64,000 bases of DNA from Eledone cirrhosa (taxonomy: Eukaryota): contig OZ024741.1 of NCBI GenBank assembly GCA_964016885.1, positions 411,928,001-411,992,000 on the forward strand, written 5' to 3'. The position numbers were made by a program, and so were the translations under genes. This document shows positions 62,177 through 64,000 of this stretch, piece after piece (the first letter of the stretch is position 1; each line of letters opens with the position of its first letter). The notes beneath the pieces were generated by a model. It saw only the letters and a program-made list of their open reading frames with translations. It was not told the DNA's origin and ran no database searches.

Positions 62177-64000
62177 TTAAACCTTTCATTACCATATTTC
62201 TAATGTAAACACTGTCTATGTTGTTTAACCCTTTCATTACTATATTTTTAATGAAAGACACTGTCTATGTTGTTTAACCCTTTCATTACCATATTTCTAA
62301 TGAAAGACACTGTCTATGTTGTTTAACCCTTTCATTACTATATTTCTAATGTAAGACACTGCCTATGTTGTTTAACCCTTTCATTACCATATTTCTAATG
62401 AAACACACAGTCTATGTTGTTTAACCCTTTCATTACCATATTTCTAATGAAAGACACTGTCTATGTTGTTTAACCCTTTCATTACTATATTTCTAATGTA
62501 AGACACTGGTCTATGTTGTTTAACCCTTTCATTACCATATTTCTAATGAAAGACACAGTCTATGTTGTTTAACCCTTTCATTACCATATTTCTAATGAAA
62601 GACACTGTCTATGTTGTTTAACCCTTTCATTACTATATTTCTAATGTAAGACACTGTCTATGTTGTTTAACCCTTTCATTACCATATTTCTAATGTAAGA
62701 CACTGTCTATGTTGTTTAACCCTTTCATTACCATATTTCTAATGAAAGACACTGTCTATGTTGTTTAACCCTTTCATTACTATATTTCTAATGTAAGACA
62801 CTGTCTATGTTGTTTAACCCTTTCATTACCATATTTCTAATGAAAGACACAGTCTATGTTGTTTAATCCTTTCATTACCATATTTCTAATGTAAGACACT
62901 GTCTGTGTTGTTTAACCCTTCATTTCCATATTTCTAATGTAAGACACTGTCTATGTTGTTTAACCCTTTCATTACCATATTTCTAATGAAAGACACTGTC
63001 TATGTTGTTTAACCCTTTCATTTCCAATAATTCTATTGTAAGACACTGTCTATGTTGTTTAACCCTTCATTACCATATTTCTAATGTAAGACACTGTCTA
63101 TGCTGTTTAACCCTTCATTACCATATTTATAATATAAGACGCTGTCTATGTTGTTTAACCCTTTCATTACCATATTTCTAATGTAAGACACTGTCTATGT
63201 TGTTTAATCCTTTCATTACCATATTTCTAATGTAAGACACTGTCTAAGTTGTTTAACCCTTTCATAACCATATTTCAAATGTAAGACACTGTCTATGTTG
63301 TTTAACCCTTTCATTACCATATTTCTATTGTAAGACACTGTCTATGTTGTTTAACCCTTCATTACCATATTTCTAATGAAAGACACTGTCTATGTTGTTT
63401 AATCCTTTCATTACCATATTTCTAATGTAAGACACTGTCTAAGTTGTTTAACCCTTTCATAACCATATTTCTAATGTAAGACACTGTCTATGTTGTTTAA
63501 CCCTTTCATTACCATATTTCTATTGTAAGACACTGTCTATGTTGTTTAACCCTTCATTACCATATTTCTAATGAAAGACACTTTCTATGTTGTTTAACCC
63601 TTCATTAGCATATTTCTAATGTAAGACACTGTCTATGTTGTTTAACCCTTTCATTACCATATTTTTAATGAAAGACACTCTATATGTTGTTTAAGCCTTT
63701 CATTACCATATTTCTAATGTAAGACACTGTCTATGTTGTTTAACCCTTTCATTACCATATTTCTAATGAAAGACAATGTCTATGTTGTTTAACCCTTTCA
63801 TTTCCAATAATTCTATTGTAAGACACTGTCTATGTTGTTTAACCCTTCATTACCATATTTCTAATGTAAGACACTGTCTATGTTGTTTAACCCTTTCATA
63901 ACCATATTTCTAATGTAAGACACTGTCTATGTTGTTTAACCCTTCATTACCATATTTCTAATGTAAGACACTGTCTATGTTGTTTAACCCTTTCATTACC
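62177..64000. repeat. 49-bp satellite running off the window end
   Basis: Unit TTAACCCTTTCATTACCATATTTCTAATG(T/A)AAGACACTGTCTATGTTGT; AACCC recurs at 62227 and 62276. About 37 units are visible. Confidence 0.97.

Noticed and set aside
62177-64000. Telomeric repeat suggested by TAACCC
   Set aside because: There is only one TAACCC per 49-bp unit and no (TTAGGG)n run.

Overview
Repeat-rich animal genomic DNA. The (TA)n and (ATG)n microsatellites, RTE LINEs and tRNA-SINEs look like those of a coleoid cephalopod such as Octopus; this host call is inference. The only host gene seen is a sphingolipid delta(4)-desaturase (DEGS/DES1 family) on the minus strand, with two coding exons (16138-15675 and 11117-10541) giving about 346 aa with three His boxes. 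The rest is mobile or tandem DNA: many RTE LINE copies carrying a PHD-type finger, including a near-identical 2-kb inverted pair; CR1/L2-type and Tx1/L1-type LINE remnants; a Penelope-like GIY-YIG remnant; a dead DD37D Tc1/mariner; a mini-Helitron; TTAA MITEs; SINEs; and five tandem arrays (48, 61, 32, 53 and 49 bp units), several visibly born from transposon pieces. The main signal the ORF track misses is about a dozen sequence-unrelated type I hammerhead-ribozyme motifs. Most lie in fold-back inverted repeats of the same polarity, with inversion points at or next to the ribozyme core. All calls are by eye; no folding, alignment or database search was run.
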